A stretch of DNA of 32,000 bases from Zygophlyctis sp. KS116 (GCA_054661495.1 BAAFSQ010000038.1:25443-57442); one strand, 5' to 3'; shown: positions 1 to 11,628, counted from the first letter of the stretch. The notes: generated from the sequence alone by a model not told the origin. Program-made: numbers and translations.

Positions 1-2
1 AG

Positions 3-3000
3 TATTTTGGTGCATTTTTTTCAGAAATGTCTAACTCTAATATTAAAGTAACTGGTCCTTCTTTGGTCACTATTCCTTACATTTCAGGGACTATCGATGA
101 AAAAGTCGGAATATGCAATAATTTACAGATTGATTTGCAATCTACAATGGCTAAAGCCGTGCTTCCTCTTAAAGAACTATCCATATCACTATCTCCAAAA
201 TCTGTAGGGCTCCTAAAAAGAAGTACAGCACCTTCCTCTAATGGTCAATCACCTTCAGTCCCTGCCGTTAACGCTGTAGCTGACCCATTGCCTTCAAGTA
301 ATGGTATTATTTCACCAACCGATAATTTAACTATTGATGATATAAATGTTGCGATTCAGAAACAAGCAGTACACATTATTGAAAATGGTGCTAAACCAGT
401 CATTAGTATGCTAGCAAGTAAACTGAATGGGCTAGCTTTTGGATCTTATGATGTTCGCCTCACTGCCACAGACTTTCTTGGTGGAAAAAATGTCACTGTT
501 CTATCATTCACCAGAACAAGCGATGTGATTCCAATACTTAGCGTATATGGTCCACCTGGAAATGCTCTTACCAATCAAGGAATTGTCATTTATTCAAAGG
601 TTGAACAAGTAGATTCTTCAAACCCGAATTGTCTCATTCCTGGAAATTATCAATTTGAATGGAAATTTTATGGAAAAACGAGCTCTAAAAAAATCCCATC
701 AAGTAGTGTGTCCTCGCTCTCTATACCTCAATACTCATTGCTACCAAATGAAAAATATTCTGTTTATGTTTCAGCAACCAGTGGATCCAAAAGTGTTTCC
801 AAATGGTATAATTTTACAACTGCTTTAGACACTATTCAAGTTACCGCAGGATCAGCTCGCACTGTAGGTGTATCTCAGAGTTTAGTTTTGGAGCCAACAA
901 TCATTGATATCTCATACCGGCCAAATACTTTTACAAATTTTACATGTTTATGGACATGTTCATCAGCTTCCGGTATTTGCATGAATCTGAAAACGTCAAG
1001 TCCCATTGTTTTGACTTCCTGTAAATTAAATATCACTCGTAGTCTATCAATAGGGAACTATGTTTTTGGTATCACAGTTACTAACGCAATTACAGGCGCT
1101 ATTGGTGTATCGCGAAATGTATCGATTACAGTCCAGGGTACTTCATTACCTCTTTTTACTGTCAATCCTTCCAAATTGATAACTTCAGCTCTAGATCCTG
1201 CCTTCCAAATAATCGTAAAAGTTGATAGCACTTCGGTTTCCTCGGTCAAAAATGTCCGGTATAATTGGCGCTCAGTGTCTGAATGCCTTTCAGGAGATTC
1301 ATCCATTCCTGTTGACTTAACAAAAAGTGAAAATTTTGCAGTATTTCCCATTACTAACATTGTAAAATTTTCGCGAACTGGGCTGCAGGCAGGAGCCACA
1401 TATTGTTTACAGGTTCAGATTGTTGATGGATCTATTCAAACCAATTATACTGAGGTGCAGTTCTCGGTCTTGAATAGACCATCTAATGGAGTTTGCGTTC
1501 CAAGTAGCTTTTCTGTTGCTGAATTTTCGACTCTGACCATATCATGCTCAGGCTGGACCACAGATTTGCTCTCATATCCTCTTTTTTACAGTATCATGTT
1601 GAAAAAGTCAACCGAATCAATTTACCGTTTAGCTTCTTTAAATTCTCTAGATTCGTTTGTGGATTTGAAACTGGCAGAAGGTACTTATAATTTCAAAGTT
1701 TCTATAAATGATGCCTTTAAAGCTGTACCGGATGATTTTTCGATCCCAAGATTTAATATTACTGTGCAAAGATCTACATCTTATGCAGCTGCGGTGGGCT
1801 TGGCACAATCACTTCTCACTTCTGGTAAAACCGATCTATTAAAAAATGGAGATGTATCAGGTTACATATCTACACTTTCTGCCATTGCGGAGATCGGATT
1901 TGGAAATATACTATCTGACGCTGGTGCTCAAAGTCTTCAAAAAGATTTTATTTCTAATCTTGATTTCCTTACTGATTCTGGCTTCGTTGCATTAGATGAT
2001 GAAGGAACCGCTATGATAGCCTCAAAATTAGGATCTGCGATAGGTGATCAATGTGCCATCCCTGATTCAAACTCTGCTGCAGCATCAAATACTTTGTTCA
2101 AGCTCATGAACAAGGCAAAGATTAGTACGGCTAGCAATGGTGGCGGCTTGACTGCGAACAGTTTGGATAGTTTAGTGGGATCTTTGGACAATTTACTATG
2201 TACCGCATCAGATAGCTCCTCGCATAGAGATGCTGTTTCCCAAAACTTGAATAGTTTTGTATTTAATGTTGCCCAAAGCGCCCTTGGAACTGCGGTTTGT
2301 GGGGAAGTAGCCTATTCTACTAGTAGGGATAGTTTTTCGATTTCAGCTGGTGTTGGAGTTGAAGATGCTTCTTCTTTCGGATCTTTTTCATTTCCAGTTT
2401 TAGATACTACGTCTTTGGCTCCTGGTGGTTGCCCTCCTTATGTTATGGGAACCAAAAAGTCAAACATATTCTCTAAATTGAACTCTGCCATTTCATTGAA
2501 AAGTAAGATTAACCAGATGTCTTTCTTGAAGGAATCCACATTTGAAAAAGCAAATCCTAGTTCAGCTGAAGTAGAATTTACAATCGATGTACAAAATGGT
2601 ACCATTCCTATCTGCTCTTGGATCAAATATTCAGATTCAACAGATAATATCAAAGATGCATCTGTTTCAAGTGATGGCTGTAAAGTTAAGAGCACAGCTC
2701 AGAATGGAAATACACTAAGTGTTACTTGTCAATGTTCTCATTTGACTGATTTTGTTGTAGCAGCCAATCTCGTAATTTCTGGTGCACAACCAACGTCACC
2801 TGAAACCTCTCCAACCTCTCCAACCCCTCAAACTACGAATACTGCTGCCTCTTCAAGTTCTAGTTTGGGCGCTGGAGCTATCGCAGGAATAGTAATTGGA
2901 TCTCTTTTATTGATTGGTCTGATTGTAGGCGGTGTCATACTACGCTCAAGACGCCGTCCCTCCCCATATAGAGTTCCAACAGTGAGTGGTGTAGAAAAGG

Positions 3001-3149
3001 GAGAAATGCCAGCACTGTCACCTACTCCAAAAAAGTCTCAGGAAGCTGGGGATTCTGATGTAGAATCTGGGAAAGATGAAGCTCCAAAGGTAGAAAAACA
3101 GAAGAAGGAGAAAAAGCAGAAGAAAAAGAAGAAGAAATCACAAAAGTAG
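3..3149 (+). CDS. Large single-pass surface protein with REJ/PKD-like ectodomain, GPS (GAIN) autoproteolysis motif, S/T/P stalk, one TM helix and Lys-rich tail; probably 5'-truncated by the window
   Basis: Frame is open from nt 3. REJ-like beta-rich segments (YQFEWKF, FTCLWTCSS, RPSNGVCV..ISCSGWTTD..YPLFYS). GPS motif CSW..SDGCKV..VTCQCSHLTDF at about 2613-2753. TM segment GAIAGIVIGSLLLIGLIVGGVIL followed by RSRRR. Confidence 0.75.
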   Translation, partial: YFGAFFSEMSNSNIKVTGPSLVTIPYISGTIDEKVGICNNLQIDLQSTMAKAVLPLKELSISLSPKSVGLLKRSTAPSSNGQSPSVPAVNAVADPLPSSNGIISPTDNLTIDDINVAIQKQAVHIIENGAKPVISMLASKLNGLAFGSYDVRLTATDFLGGKNVTVLSFTRTSDVIPILSVYGPPGNALTNQGIVIYSKVEQVDSSNPNCLIPGNYQFEWKFYGKTSSKKIPSSSVSSLSIPQYSLLPNEKYSVYVSATSGSKSVSKWYNFTTALDTIQVTAGSARTVGVSQSLVLEPTIIDISYRPNTFTNFTCLWTCSSASGICMNLKTSSPIVLTSCKLNITRSLSIGNYVFGITVTNAITGAIGVSRNVSITVQGTSLPLFTVNPSKLITSALDPAFQIIVKVDSTSVSSVKNVRYNWRSVSECLSGDSSIPVDLTKSENFAVFPITNIVKFSRTGLQAGATYCLQVQIVDGSIQTNYTEVQFSVLNRPSNGVCVPSSFSVAEFSTLTISCSGWTTDLLSYPLFYSIMLKKSTESIYRLASLNSLDSFVDLKLAEGTYNFKVSINDAFKAVPDDFSIPRFNITVQRSTSYAAAVGLAQSLLTSGKTDLLKNGDVSGYISTLSAIAEIGFGNILSDAGAQSLQKDFISNLDFLTDSGFVALDDEGTAMIASKLGSAIGDQCAIPDSNSAAASNTLFKLMNKAKISTASNGGGLTANSLDSLVGSLDNLLCTASDSSSHRDAVSQNLNSFVFNVAQSALGTAVCGEVAYSTSRDSFSISAGVGVEDASSFGSFSFPVLDTTSLAPGGCPPYVMGTKKSNIFSKLNSAISLKSKINQMSFLKESTFEKANPSSAEVEFTIDVQNGTIPICSWIKYSDSTDNIKDASVSSDGCKVKSTAQNGNTLSVTCQCSHLTDFVVAANLVISGAQPTSPETSPTSPTPQTTNTAASSSSSLGAGAIAGIVIGSLLLIGLIVGGVILRSRRRPSPYRVPTVSGVEKGEMPALSPTPKKSQEAGDSDVESGKDEAPKVEKQKKEKKQKKKKKKSQK

Positions 3150-3158
3150 TTTTTTCAA

Positions 3159-3876
3159 TTAATAAAACTGCTGTCCTTGTATTCTTTGGGCTAGTTCCTT
3201 TGAGAGTTTATCCTTTGAAATTTGGTCCAAATCATAAACCTGGTATTAAATAATGATGACATACCGATGTAATAAATCGAATGAGACTTTCTGGTGGCAC
3301 TTCCAACTTTGACCTTTGGCCCCATGTATAGAGAGGAGATTCGAAATCTGGGGATGTTTCTTTTTCCAAGTAATTTTGCTTGACCATGACTCCTAGGTAT
3401 GCACTTAAAGATGAAGCCGGAATGGATTCATCATTTAAATAAGTGTCATCAATATGAAGATCACTTAGAATACTTAACAGCGTATCGTGAGTTATAGAAT
3501 GATTACTTCCAAAGATTATTACAAGAATAATCATATGCAAAACATCCCTTGGATCTGTCTTCAAGAGAGATTTATCTAAAAGCGTCGAAATCATTATCCA
3601 TGTTTTCTTCTCAGTCACAGTCAATAATCGCATACTAAAGACCCGCTCCAAGTATTCATTCGCCCTATTGAATATAACTGCAAAGGCCTTTGTATGACCA
3701 CCAGCTATTCTAATGAGTAATTGACGGATACCTTTCTTTGTCAAGTCTTCTTTCCGTATCAGCGCCTTTCTTGTGAGGCAAAAGAGTGCGAATCTCACCA
3801 TTGATGAGACGGCTTTATCCATTTCAAATTCTGACATTGAATCAGCTGCTCTTACTGCCGCTGCGTCAGATTCCAT
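3159..3876 (-). CDS. NSE3: MAGE/Nse3 family Smc5/6 subunit; intron 3240-3264 (25 nt) and probable in-frame intron 3705-3731 (27 nt)
   Basis: MAGE-like motifs MVRFALF..IRKEDL, FNRANEYLERVFSMRL, VKQNYLEK, YTWGQRSKLEV. Removing the 25-nt intron extends the C-terminus to VYDLDQ...QQFY*. Confidence 0.8.
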
Positions 3877-3890
3877 ATAATTTATTACTA

Positions 3891-6101
3891 TTAACGTAAA
3901 CTAGCAAACGACCCTAACAATTGATTCTTTTTCCTCTTGTCCTTGTTAGAATATGTCGATAAATGAGTGTCATCAGCTTCCGCCTTGTTATGCAAAGTAA
4001 GCGAATTCCCAGATCCAGGAGTTTTACCCTTGTATTTCTCTAATAGGCTGGCAGTTGTATGGATAGATTTTCTATCATAATATGTATCTGTGCATTATTA
4101 TTTTTAAGAATTACCTTCTCTAGATGGTTCATTATTGAAAGCTCTGGGGTTCCGGTTCACTCGTCTTTCTTCCATTTTTCGAGCTTTAGATTTAGTTATC
4201 ATTTATTACCTTGATCGATAATTGCTTTTCCTTCTTCCACATCTGGATGATCATTTGTAAGAACCGCATATTCCTTAAGCCGCAGCAAAACTAAAATTCG
4301 ATTGTGAAGGTGGAACAGAAATATGAATGATATAATGAAAATAGAGTAAGGTAGCCAATCATTATAACTGTCACCGAAAAGAGGTGTTAGTTTTACTGCT
4401 GGACCTAGGTACTTAAAGTCGATATTTTCAAAAGTACCTGAATAAATGTTGGGAATCCTGAATTAACTTTTTCGGCAGGAACATCTGCCAAATTTATCAT
4501 GTTTAAGAAGTTATAACATAGGGGAAATGTTAGACGGCTATAAAATTACGAACGAATAATTACCACAGGTATCCTCCAACAAATAGTAGTGTAGGTTCGT
4601 CTGTATGATGCTCTGGAACCATTTGATAGAAATCCAAAATTTTAATTTTAAAAAGAGTTGAATATGTACAGATACACATGTACAATATAAAAGCCATGGA
4701 AATCATCTAAACATTAAAGAAAAAAAAGCACTTCAACTACAAACGGGCTGTCAATATTTTGAATAATTAATCCAGGAATCGAAAGGGAAATTGAAGTAAT
4801 TTGAAAAGTACTTTCTGACCAAACCAGAATTATTGATGCCATCGCACAAATGCTACCGAGAAAATATAAAAAAGTAGGTTTAATCCAAATATAATACCAC
4901 CAATCTATATTTAAGCCAAAATAATAGTCATTACATGCTTTTGACTGATGCTCTTTATACTTTCCTTCTGGGATGACAAAAAATAGTGATTGTAACTTTC
5001 TTTAAAGTTAGAAATATTAAAGAAATATGTACCTCTCACTACTTTTTTCATTTTCGATTAGATCCTGGAAAAAAAAGGCACGCTGTAATAGAAACTGAAA
5101 TCTCCTAAAGTATTAAATCATAAATCATACGCCTTATCCCGTTCAAAAGCATATAGTGCTCGTTTAAGCTTTGCATTCAATACCACCAAATAATTTTGAG
5201 TAATAATAGCTGGGACATCTTCAGCATCTGAATCTGAAGCTGTTCTTTCTTGTAATGCTAAAGGACATTTTTCCAAAAGCTTGTCAATTATTTTCCTAAA
5301 ATGTTCTTCTTCTAAAGGTATCCTTCTTGAAGCTATCGCCAATTGCCTTGCAACATCATATAACTCTGCTTCTGAATCTACAGTAGCCTCTTTTAATTTT
5401 GGGACTTTTGTTTCTAAAAGTCTTAAATGACGCCTTGGAGTTGCAGTATTAAAAATTGATCTGGGAACTTCTACAATCCCATATCCCAACATAAACATTA
5501 CCAAGAAAAGTCCATAAGAATTAGCAGCAGCAACACCAACACCAATTAATGATTCTCTAAAATTAATTAGCCTTATTCCTAATTACGCTTTTATATGTGA
5601 TACAACAACTGCATAAAATATAAATACAGCCCCAACAGCCCCTAGTATAGCATAAAATATTAAGTTTTCCCTTATTGATGCCCAAAGTCTTCTCCAAAAA
5701 GTAAATTCACCTGATCTAAAATTAACAATATCCAGTTAATACCTGGTATAGCTTGACATGATTGGAATCACAAACCAAGTTAAATTAAAAGATGTCCAAT
5801 ACACTATTTCCCAAAATATCGTTAAAAATCCCGTTGGAACATAACCAAGTGGCTCCTCACATTGAATATTACCAGCAACACATTTATCAAATCTTGACTT
5901 TTGAAATTAATAATACTAAATTACCGATGTCAGATCCAGCGGTAGAATAAAAATGATTGTAAAAGGAAATAACCAAGCAATGAAGCAAGTTATTTGAACA
6001 TACCAAGGAAATGTTTTTCTATTTCCATAATATAGTAGAACATTAGTAGCTACAGTTGCAAGCAATGTAAGAATAATGCTGAATACAATATAGTTTGTCA
6101 T
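3891..6101 (-). CDS. LMBR1-family multi-pass membrane protein (LMBRD2-like), 12 exons
   Basis: Motifs ILPLDLTS, FWEIVYWTSFNLTWFVIP..Y..SGEFT, ANSYGL..LGYGIVEVPRS, HHTDEPTLLF..YLCRLTFPLCYNFL. Introns: 5898-5924, 5716-5742, 5557-5586, 5105-5130, 5000-5032, 4905-4934, 4707-4731, 4538-4563, 4412-4437, 4184-4209, 4088-4114 (25-33 nt). Confidence 0.85.
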
Positions 6102-6215
6102 GGAAAATATTGAATATCTTGACTGACGTAAGTTTGGGAATGTCCGATCGTTAAAATTGAGCGCCCGATCGTTACTGATTAGGAGTAGACCTGTGCATAG
6201 ATTTGCGCAAGAGAT
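6102..6215. promoter_or_regulatory. Putative 114-nt bidirectional promoter (LMBR1-like / SPO7)
   Basis: Between divergent ATGs. Contains TTGACTGACG (6119-6128) and a direct repeat of CCGATCGTTA. Confidence 0.55.
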
Positions 6216-6644
6216 ATGTTGAATTTAGAAATGGAAAGAGATTTGTTGGCATTCGAGAATAGAATTCAGGCAAACTTTAGAAAAAACAAGAAAATCTCTT
6301 CAAAATACAAAATCTATTTTTGGTCTAGTATATTACTATTGTTATATATTTGTTTTACAATTGGATTCCTTGATATCTCTGCAACGTCAAGATCATGGCA
6401 CATTTTCATTGGAATTTTAACTGTTTTCATTCTATTTCTTTTAGCATCTCTTGGTATTTTAGGATCAAGACTCTCGAGTTCAAGTACATTTACATCAAGA
6501 ATGAACAATTCTCTTAAACCATTTCATCTAGGAATAGGATCTAATGGATCTCTAGAATTTAAAAAAAGAATCCCAACAGCAATAATTCATAAATTTCAAG
6601 AATATAAGAAGAATGCATTGGAATCTGCAACTAAAGATTCATAA
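6216..6644 (+). CDS. SPO7: Spo7/CNEP1R1-like regulatory subunit of the Nem1 phosphatase (2 TM)
   Basis: RDLLAFENRI N-terminal motif, two hydrophobic helices, then RMNNSLKPFHL as in Spo7/TMEM188. Confidence 0.65.
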   Translation: MLNLEMERDLLAFENRIQANFRKNKKISSKYKIYFWSSILLLLYICFTIGFLDISATSRSWHIFIGILTVFILFLLASLGILGSRLSSSSTFTSRMNNSLKPFHLGIGSNGSLEFKKRIPTAIIHKFQEYKKNALESATKDS

Positions 6645-7190
6645 TGAAATTATTAATCAAATTCACAGCATCGGAATCTGTTGGAAGATAGTGTCTATTA
6701 TTTATCAAGTTTTAAATTACCCTCCATCATGTATATATACCACTGGATTAATAAATGCCTGTGATAATTTGAAATTTTCATCAATTGGAACCCATTCATC
6801 TGTTTTTCCCATAATATGTAGAGATGGGATAGAAATATTTGACATGTTTTTCAAAGATTCTGGAAATGGTAAGAATCCACTCACTACAATTATAAATTTT
6901 GGAGTTAAGATTGTAGACAATATTGCAGTAAATGTTGCACCTTGAGAAAATCCCAGAATTCCATCAAATTCATTACTATTCCATACAGATTTAACAATAT
7001 TAATTGATTCATCTAATCCATGATAAATTTCACGATCATCAGACGATTTCCACCAACATTTACCATTTTCTAAATCTATCGGCCCATCAATAAAAACCAA
7101 TTCTGATTTAATTTTAGATTTCAAGACTGCAATTCTTTTCCTAAATGTCACAGCAGACTGAGAAAATCCATGTAAACATAATATTCTCAT
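6631..7190 (-). CDS. FSH1/OVCA2 family serine hydrolase; intron 6695-6720 (26 nt)
   Basis: MRILCLHGFSQS, GILGFSQGA nucleophile elbow, SLHIMGKTD. The catalytic His (HDGG|HYLP) is recovered only after removing the intron. Confidence 0.9.
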
Positions 7191-7209
7191 TTTTTTAAAT
7201 TAGAAAATA

Positions 7210-7797
7210 TTAAGAGATTATACAATTCTTGTCCGCTCTTCTTTTTTTATAAGCTTCTAAATATTTTAATTGTCTTGCATTGATTGCCCCTCTTCTCCTC
7301 TCCCTAATATAAATTACAGAATCTAAAGGAGCCATTCCTCCTTCAATTAATGCCATTGCAACAAGAACAGGAGCTCTTCCCAATCCTGCAACACAATGTA
7401 CTCCGATTGTACTTGATTCAGAACTCTGAGTCGGTTTTTTATGGGTATGAAATATCTTATCTATTAAAGAGAGCCAATCAGACACAATTTTAGCTGATGG
7501 AGCCTCACCATCTGTAAATGGCCAATCCTATATTTTAAGAAATTTTGTAGAGTACATGTACTGTAATTCCAATTTCTTCTAAACGACTCTTATCATAAGT
7601 TGGCTCACAGACTCTAACGACTTGAGAGACATTATGATTTAAAAGTTGCTAAAATTAAATATTTAGATTACCTTTATATAAAAATCAATGTTTGCGTCTG
7701 ATGGAGCATCAAATATTATAAATCTCAAGTTTTTGTATTCAATGAATGATGGTGGATTTACAGGCCGATTTGGGACATTTGATCTATTGGAATTCAT
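7210..7797 (-). CDS. PTP4A1: PRL/PTP4A-type prenylated protein tyrosine phosphatase; introns 7649-7671 (23 nt) and 7528-7555 (28 nt)
   Basis: RFIIFDAPS, VVRVCEPTY, DWPFTDG, HCVAGLGRAPVLVA, RRRGAIN and a C-terminal CAAX box CIIS. Confidence 0.92.
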
Positions 7798-7828
7798 TTA
7801 AAACCCTGAATTTGACTGACGCAACTCA
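7798..7828. promoter_or_regulatory. Putative 31-nt bidirectional promoter (PRL / GLO2)
   Basis: Between divergent ATGs. Contains the same TTGACTGACG 10-mer (7812-7821). Confidence 0.5.
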
Positions 7829-8572
7829 ATGACGTTTGTTAAAGTTTTACCAGTTTTGAAGGATAATTATTCTTTTTTACTATGTGAGCCTAGTCTAAAA
7901 CTGGTTTTTGCAATTGATCCTGTAGTACCAAATGCAATTATTGAAGGAATTAAAGATTTAGGATCTGATTGGACTTTGGGTGGAATATTAACTACTCATC
8001 ATCATTGGGATCATTCAGGTGGAAATTTAGAATTACTGAAAGCATATCCTTGTCTTACAGTCTATGGAGGAGATGAAAGAATTCCTGGACAAAATGAATT
8101 TCTAAATGAGAATTCAAGGATTAAATTTGGAAATTTACAAATTACTCCAATTTCTACACCATGTCATACAAGTGGATCAATATCATATTTCTTAAATTCA
8201 AATCCTCCGCTCCTATTTACAGGTGATACTCTTTTTAAAGGTGGATGTGGGCGGTTTTTTGAAGGGAGTCCAAAGGATATGTATACTTCATTACAAAAAT
8301 TAAAATCTCTTCCAGATGAAACTTTGGTATATCCTGGACATGAATATACACTTGGAAATTTGAATTTTGCTAAAACAATTGATTCTAAAAATTCAATTTT
8401 ATTACAAGAATTAGAAAATGCTTCAAGGACAAGAATTACAATTCCTTCAAGTATTAAATTAGAAAAACAAATCAATCCATTTATGCGGGTAGATTTATTA
8501 AAAGAATCATTGGGATATTCTGATGGGATAGATGCAATCAAGAGAATTAGAGAATTAAAAGATTGTTTTTAG
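7829..8572 (+). CDS. GLO2: Hydroxyacylglutathione hydrolase (glyoxalase II), intronless
   Basis: THHHWDHSGGN metallo-beta-lactamase motif, TPCHTSG, FTGDTLF.GGCGRFFEG, GHEYT, EKQINPFMR. Confidence 0.93.
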   Translation: MTFVKVLPVLKDNYSFLLCEPSLKLVFAIDPVVPNAIIEGIKDLGSDWTLGGILTTHHHWDHSGGNLELLKAYPCLTVYGGDERIPGQNEFLNENSRIKFGNLQITPISTPCHTSGSISYFLNSNPPLLFTGDTLFKGGCGRFFEGSPKDMYTSLQKLKSLPDETLVYPGHEYTLGNLNFAKTIDSKNSILLQELENASRTRITIPSSIKLEKQINPFMRVDLLKESLGYSDGIDAIKRIRELKDCF

Positions 8573-8593
8573 GAGTCAGGCGACTTTTTAAAA

Positions 8594-10594
8594 ATGTTTG
8601 ATACTTTGTCGTCGTTTCAAGTTGATAGACTGACATACATTCTTGAGAATGATAATCAGGAAAAGAGAGCTGCTTTTAAAGAGTTTATGAGAGACCCATT
8701 GTATATTCCTCGTTTTGATATTTCTTTACGGTACGAGAGAGAATTGGCTCTAGAAAGACTCAAGAAAATAGCAGAAGCTGGTTATATTTCTGTATTGGAT
8801 TTTGAGAAAAATCCTTTAAATATCTTTGCTGCTCATGAAGTTGCTGGGATGGCTGATGGTTCTTTTGCGACGAAAATGACTGTACAATTCAAGTATTTTA
8901 TTAGAAATTGATTATAGTTTGTTTGGTGGAACTGTTATTAAATTAGGGAGTGAAAGACATCGAAAGTTGTTGTCGGGAATTGATGATATGAGTGCAATTG
9001 GTTGTTTTGCATTGACTGAATTGGGTTATGGGAATAATGCAGTGTACTTTTGGTGAATTTAATTATAGGGAAATGGAAACAACTTCTGTTTATGATGCAT
9101 CTACTAAAGAATGGATTATTCATACTCCTTCTGTTTTAGGACAGAAATACTGGATTACAAATGGGGCTGTTCATGCTAAATGGGCGTGTGTTTTTGCTCA
9201 GACTTTGGTGAATGGTAAAGATGAAGGGATTCATGTTTTCTTGGTTAGAATACGTAATGAAGATATGTCTGTTGCAAAAGGTGTGAGAATTGATGAAATG
9301 GGTTATAAAATGGGTTGTAATGGTGTTGATAATGGGAAATTATGGTTTGATCATGTCAGAATTCCTGCAGAATCTATACTTAATAAATATGCAGATATAA
9401 ATCCTGATGGGACTTTTTCTTGCTCGATTAAACAAAGAAGAGCAAGATTTTTGGTTGTTGCAGATCAATTACTTGCTGGGAGACTTTGTATTGCTTCAAT
9501 GTCATTAGGTGGAATCAAAAAGTGTTTGACAATTGCTTTTCATTATGCTTCTACTAGAAAGACTGTAGGTCCTACTGGTAAGTCTGATACTCCAATTCTT
9601 GTTTATCAACTTCAGCAAAATGTTCTAATTCCATTGTTGGCGAAAACAATTGTTTTGAATTTTGGACTGAATTATATAAAGGATAGATGGGCTTCTTATC
9701 AGGAAAGTGAACATGGTGAGATTGTTCGTTTATGTTGCGCGATAAAGGTAATATTGAAATACTCACAGAATAGCCTCTAATGGCTTGGCATTTTGAAAGA
9801 GTTGCTACTCTTTGTCGTGAACGTTGTGGGTAAGACTCTGTGTTAATCTTTAGTGGTCAAGGTTATTTAAGCTGTAATGAGTTGGGTCCTGCAATTGGAT
9901 TTGCCCATGCTGGAATGACTGCAGAGGGTGATAATTCAGTAATTTTCCTTATTTAATAAAGATAGGTTTTGATGCAGAAAGTTGCAAAAGAGCTTTTGGC
10001 TGCAGTAGAGTCAAAACAGATTACATATCCTGTAATCGATGTTTTGACTGCATCGGCATGGCCTATTAATGATATGGACACTTTAATGAAACTTGTTCGT
10101 CTCAGAGAAATTCTATTATTAAATCAGCTAGGAAAGAATATGAAAACAAAACTCGGTAAAGGAGCTACTATTTTCGATGTTTGGATGAAGGAAGAGTCTG
10201 ATTTGATTCAAGCAACTTCAAAAGCGTACGGTTATCGAGTGTGTTTGGAGGGTATTTTGTCAGTCATTGCAAAAGAAGATGACAAAGGCATCAAGTATGT
10301 TTACTTTATTTATAAATTAGGAATATTTTATCTCAAATCGCCCATTTGTATGCTGTTTCTTTGGTGGTGGATGAGTCCTCGTGGTATCTTACCCAAGGCC
10401 TTATTTCGTTGGAAACCGGACGTCAGTTGCCTGATCTATATCGTGGACTTATTAAAGAGATGGTACCTCAATCTACTCATTTGGTTGAAGCCCTTGGAGT
10501 TAAGCCTTGGTTAGTTTTCGCACCTATTGGAAATGATTGGGCAAAGTATAACATTGAAGATAATCGCGGTGAATTAATCCGCGGAAAGCTCTAA
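8594..10594 (+). CDS. Acyl-CoA oxidase, probably peroxisomal (PTS1-like GKL end), 7 exons
   Basis: [68 protein letters not shown]. Introns: 8893-8917, 9044-9068, 9748-9773, 9830-9853, 9939-9965, 10295-10320 (24-27 nt). Confidence 0.9.
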
Positions 10595-10625
10595 AAACCC
10601 AAGTAATCAAAAGATTGATTTTCTT

Positions 10626-11628
10626 TTAATTCTTTGAAGTCTTTGAGTAATCAAGAAATCCTTTTCCAGACTTTTTACCGAGATGACCCTTTTCAACTAA
10701 ATCATTGAGAGTCTTTGATGGAGCGACAAGTTCGTTCCCTTTTAACTGAGGGGAAGACTGATACCATCCGTCAGTAATAAACTTTACTGTATCCAATCCA
10801 ACATACTTTACATTAAAAAAAAATCATACATCCATTAATTCAAAGGGACCCATTGGATACCCCGCGCCTAATTTCATGGCTGTATCCACATCTTGAATAT
10901 TTGCATCACCTCTTTCAACCAATTTCAAAGCTTCCATCATGTATGGAACCAACAATCGATTCACAATAAATCTATTAAAAATCAAAAATATGTAATTACC
11001 CAGGCGTATCTTTACATGCCACTGGCACTTTACCCAACTTTTTAACAAAATTATTTAAAATAGAAATCACATCTCCTTCTGTTTCTGCAGTAGAAATAAT
11101 TTCTACAAGTTTCATTTGAGGAACTGGATTAAAGAAATGTAATCCAGCAAACCTATTTTTTCTAGCAGTTGCTTCACTAAGAATTAAAACTATAAAATTT
11201 ACGCAATGCTTCCAATTGGTAAAGAACTAGTATTAGAAGCAAAAATTGCATTCTTATGACAAATTGAATCCAAATTTTTAAACAGTTCCTGTTTAATTTT
11301 CAAATTTTCCACGATTGCTTCGATTACTAGATCAGATTTAGCAGCGACATCTACGCTTAAATTTGTAGATATATTTCCTAAAACAGAAGATATCCATTCC
11401 TGTCCACCCTGATCAGGAAATTTCTTTTTAGCGACTCTTGCGAGTGATTTTTGAATAATCTCATTACCCTTATTAAGTGCATCTTGCGACTTATCAATCA
11501 TGGTAACCCTTATTCCCGACGCTGCAACAACTTGCACGATTCCTGCACCCATCAAACCTGTACATTACAATGCGTTTATTACCAGATCCAATGACTGTAA
11601 CATGCCCAATATTTGCGAGTTTGTTCAT
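10626..11628 (-). CDS. HADH: 3-hydroxyacyl-CoA dehydrogenase, 5 exons
   Basis: [69 protein letters not shown]. Introns: 11558-11582, 11177-11202, 10972-10999, 10806-10829. Confidence 0.92.

Noticed and set aside
1058-2695. Antisense or alternate-frame ORFs (1058-1399, 2438-2695; likewise 6314-6508, 6613-6945, 8164-8541, 18595-18879, 24564-24881, 26633-26944, 28938-29243)
   Set aside because: They are shadows of well-supported genes and have no recognisable motifs.
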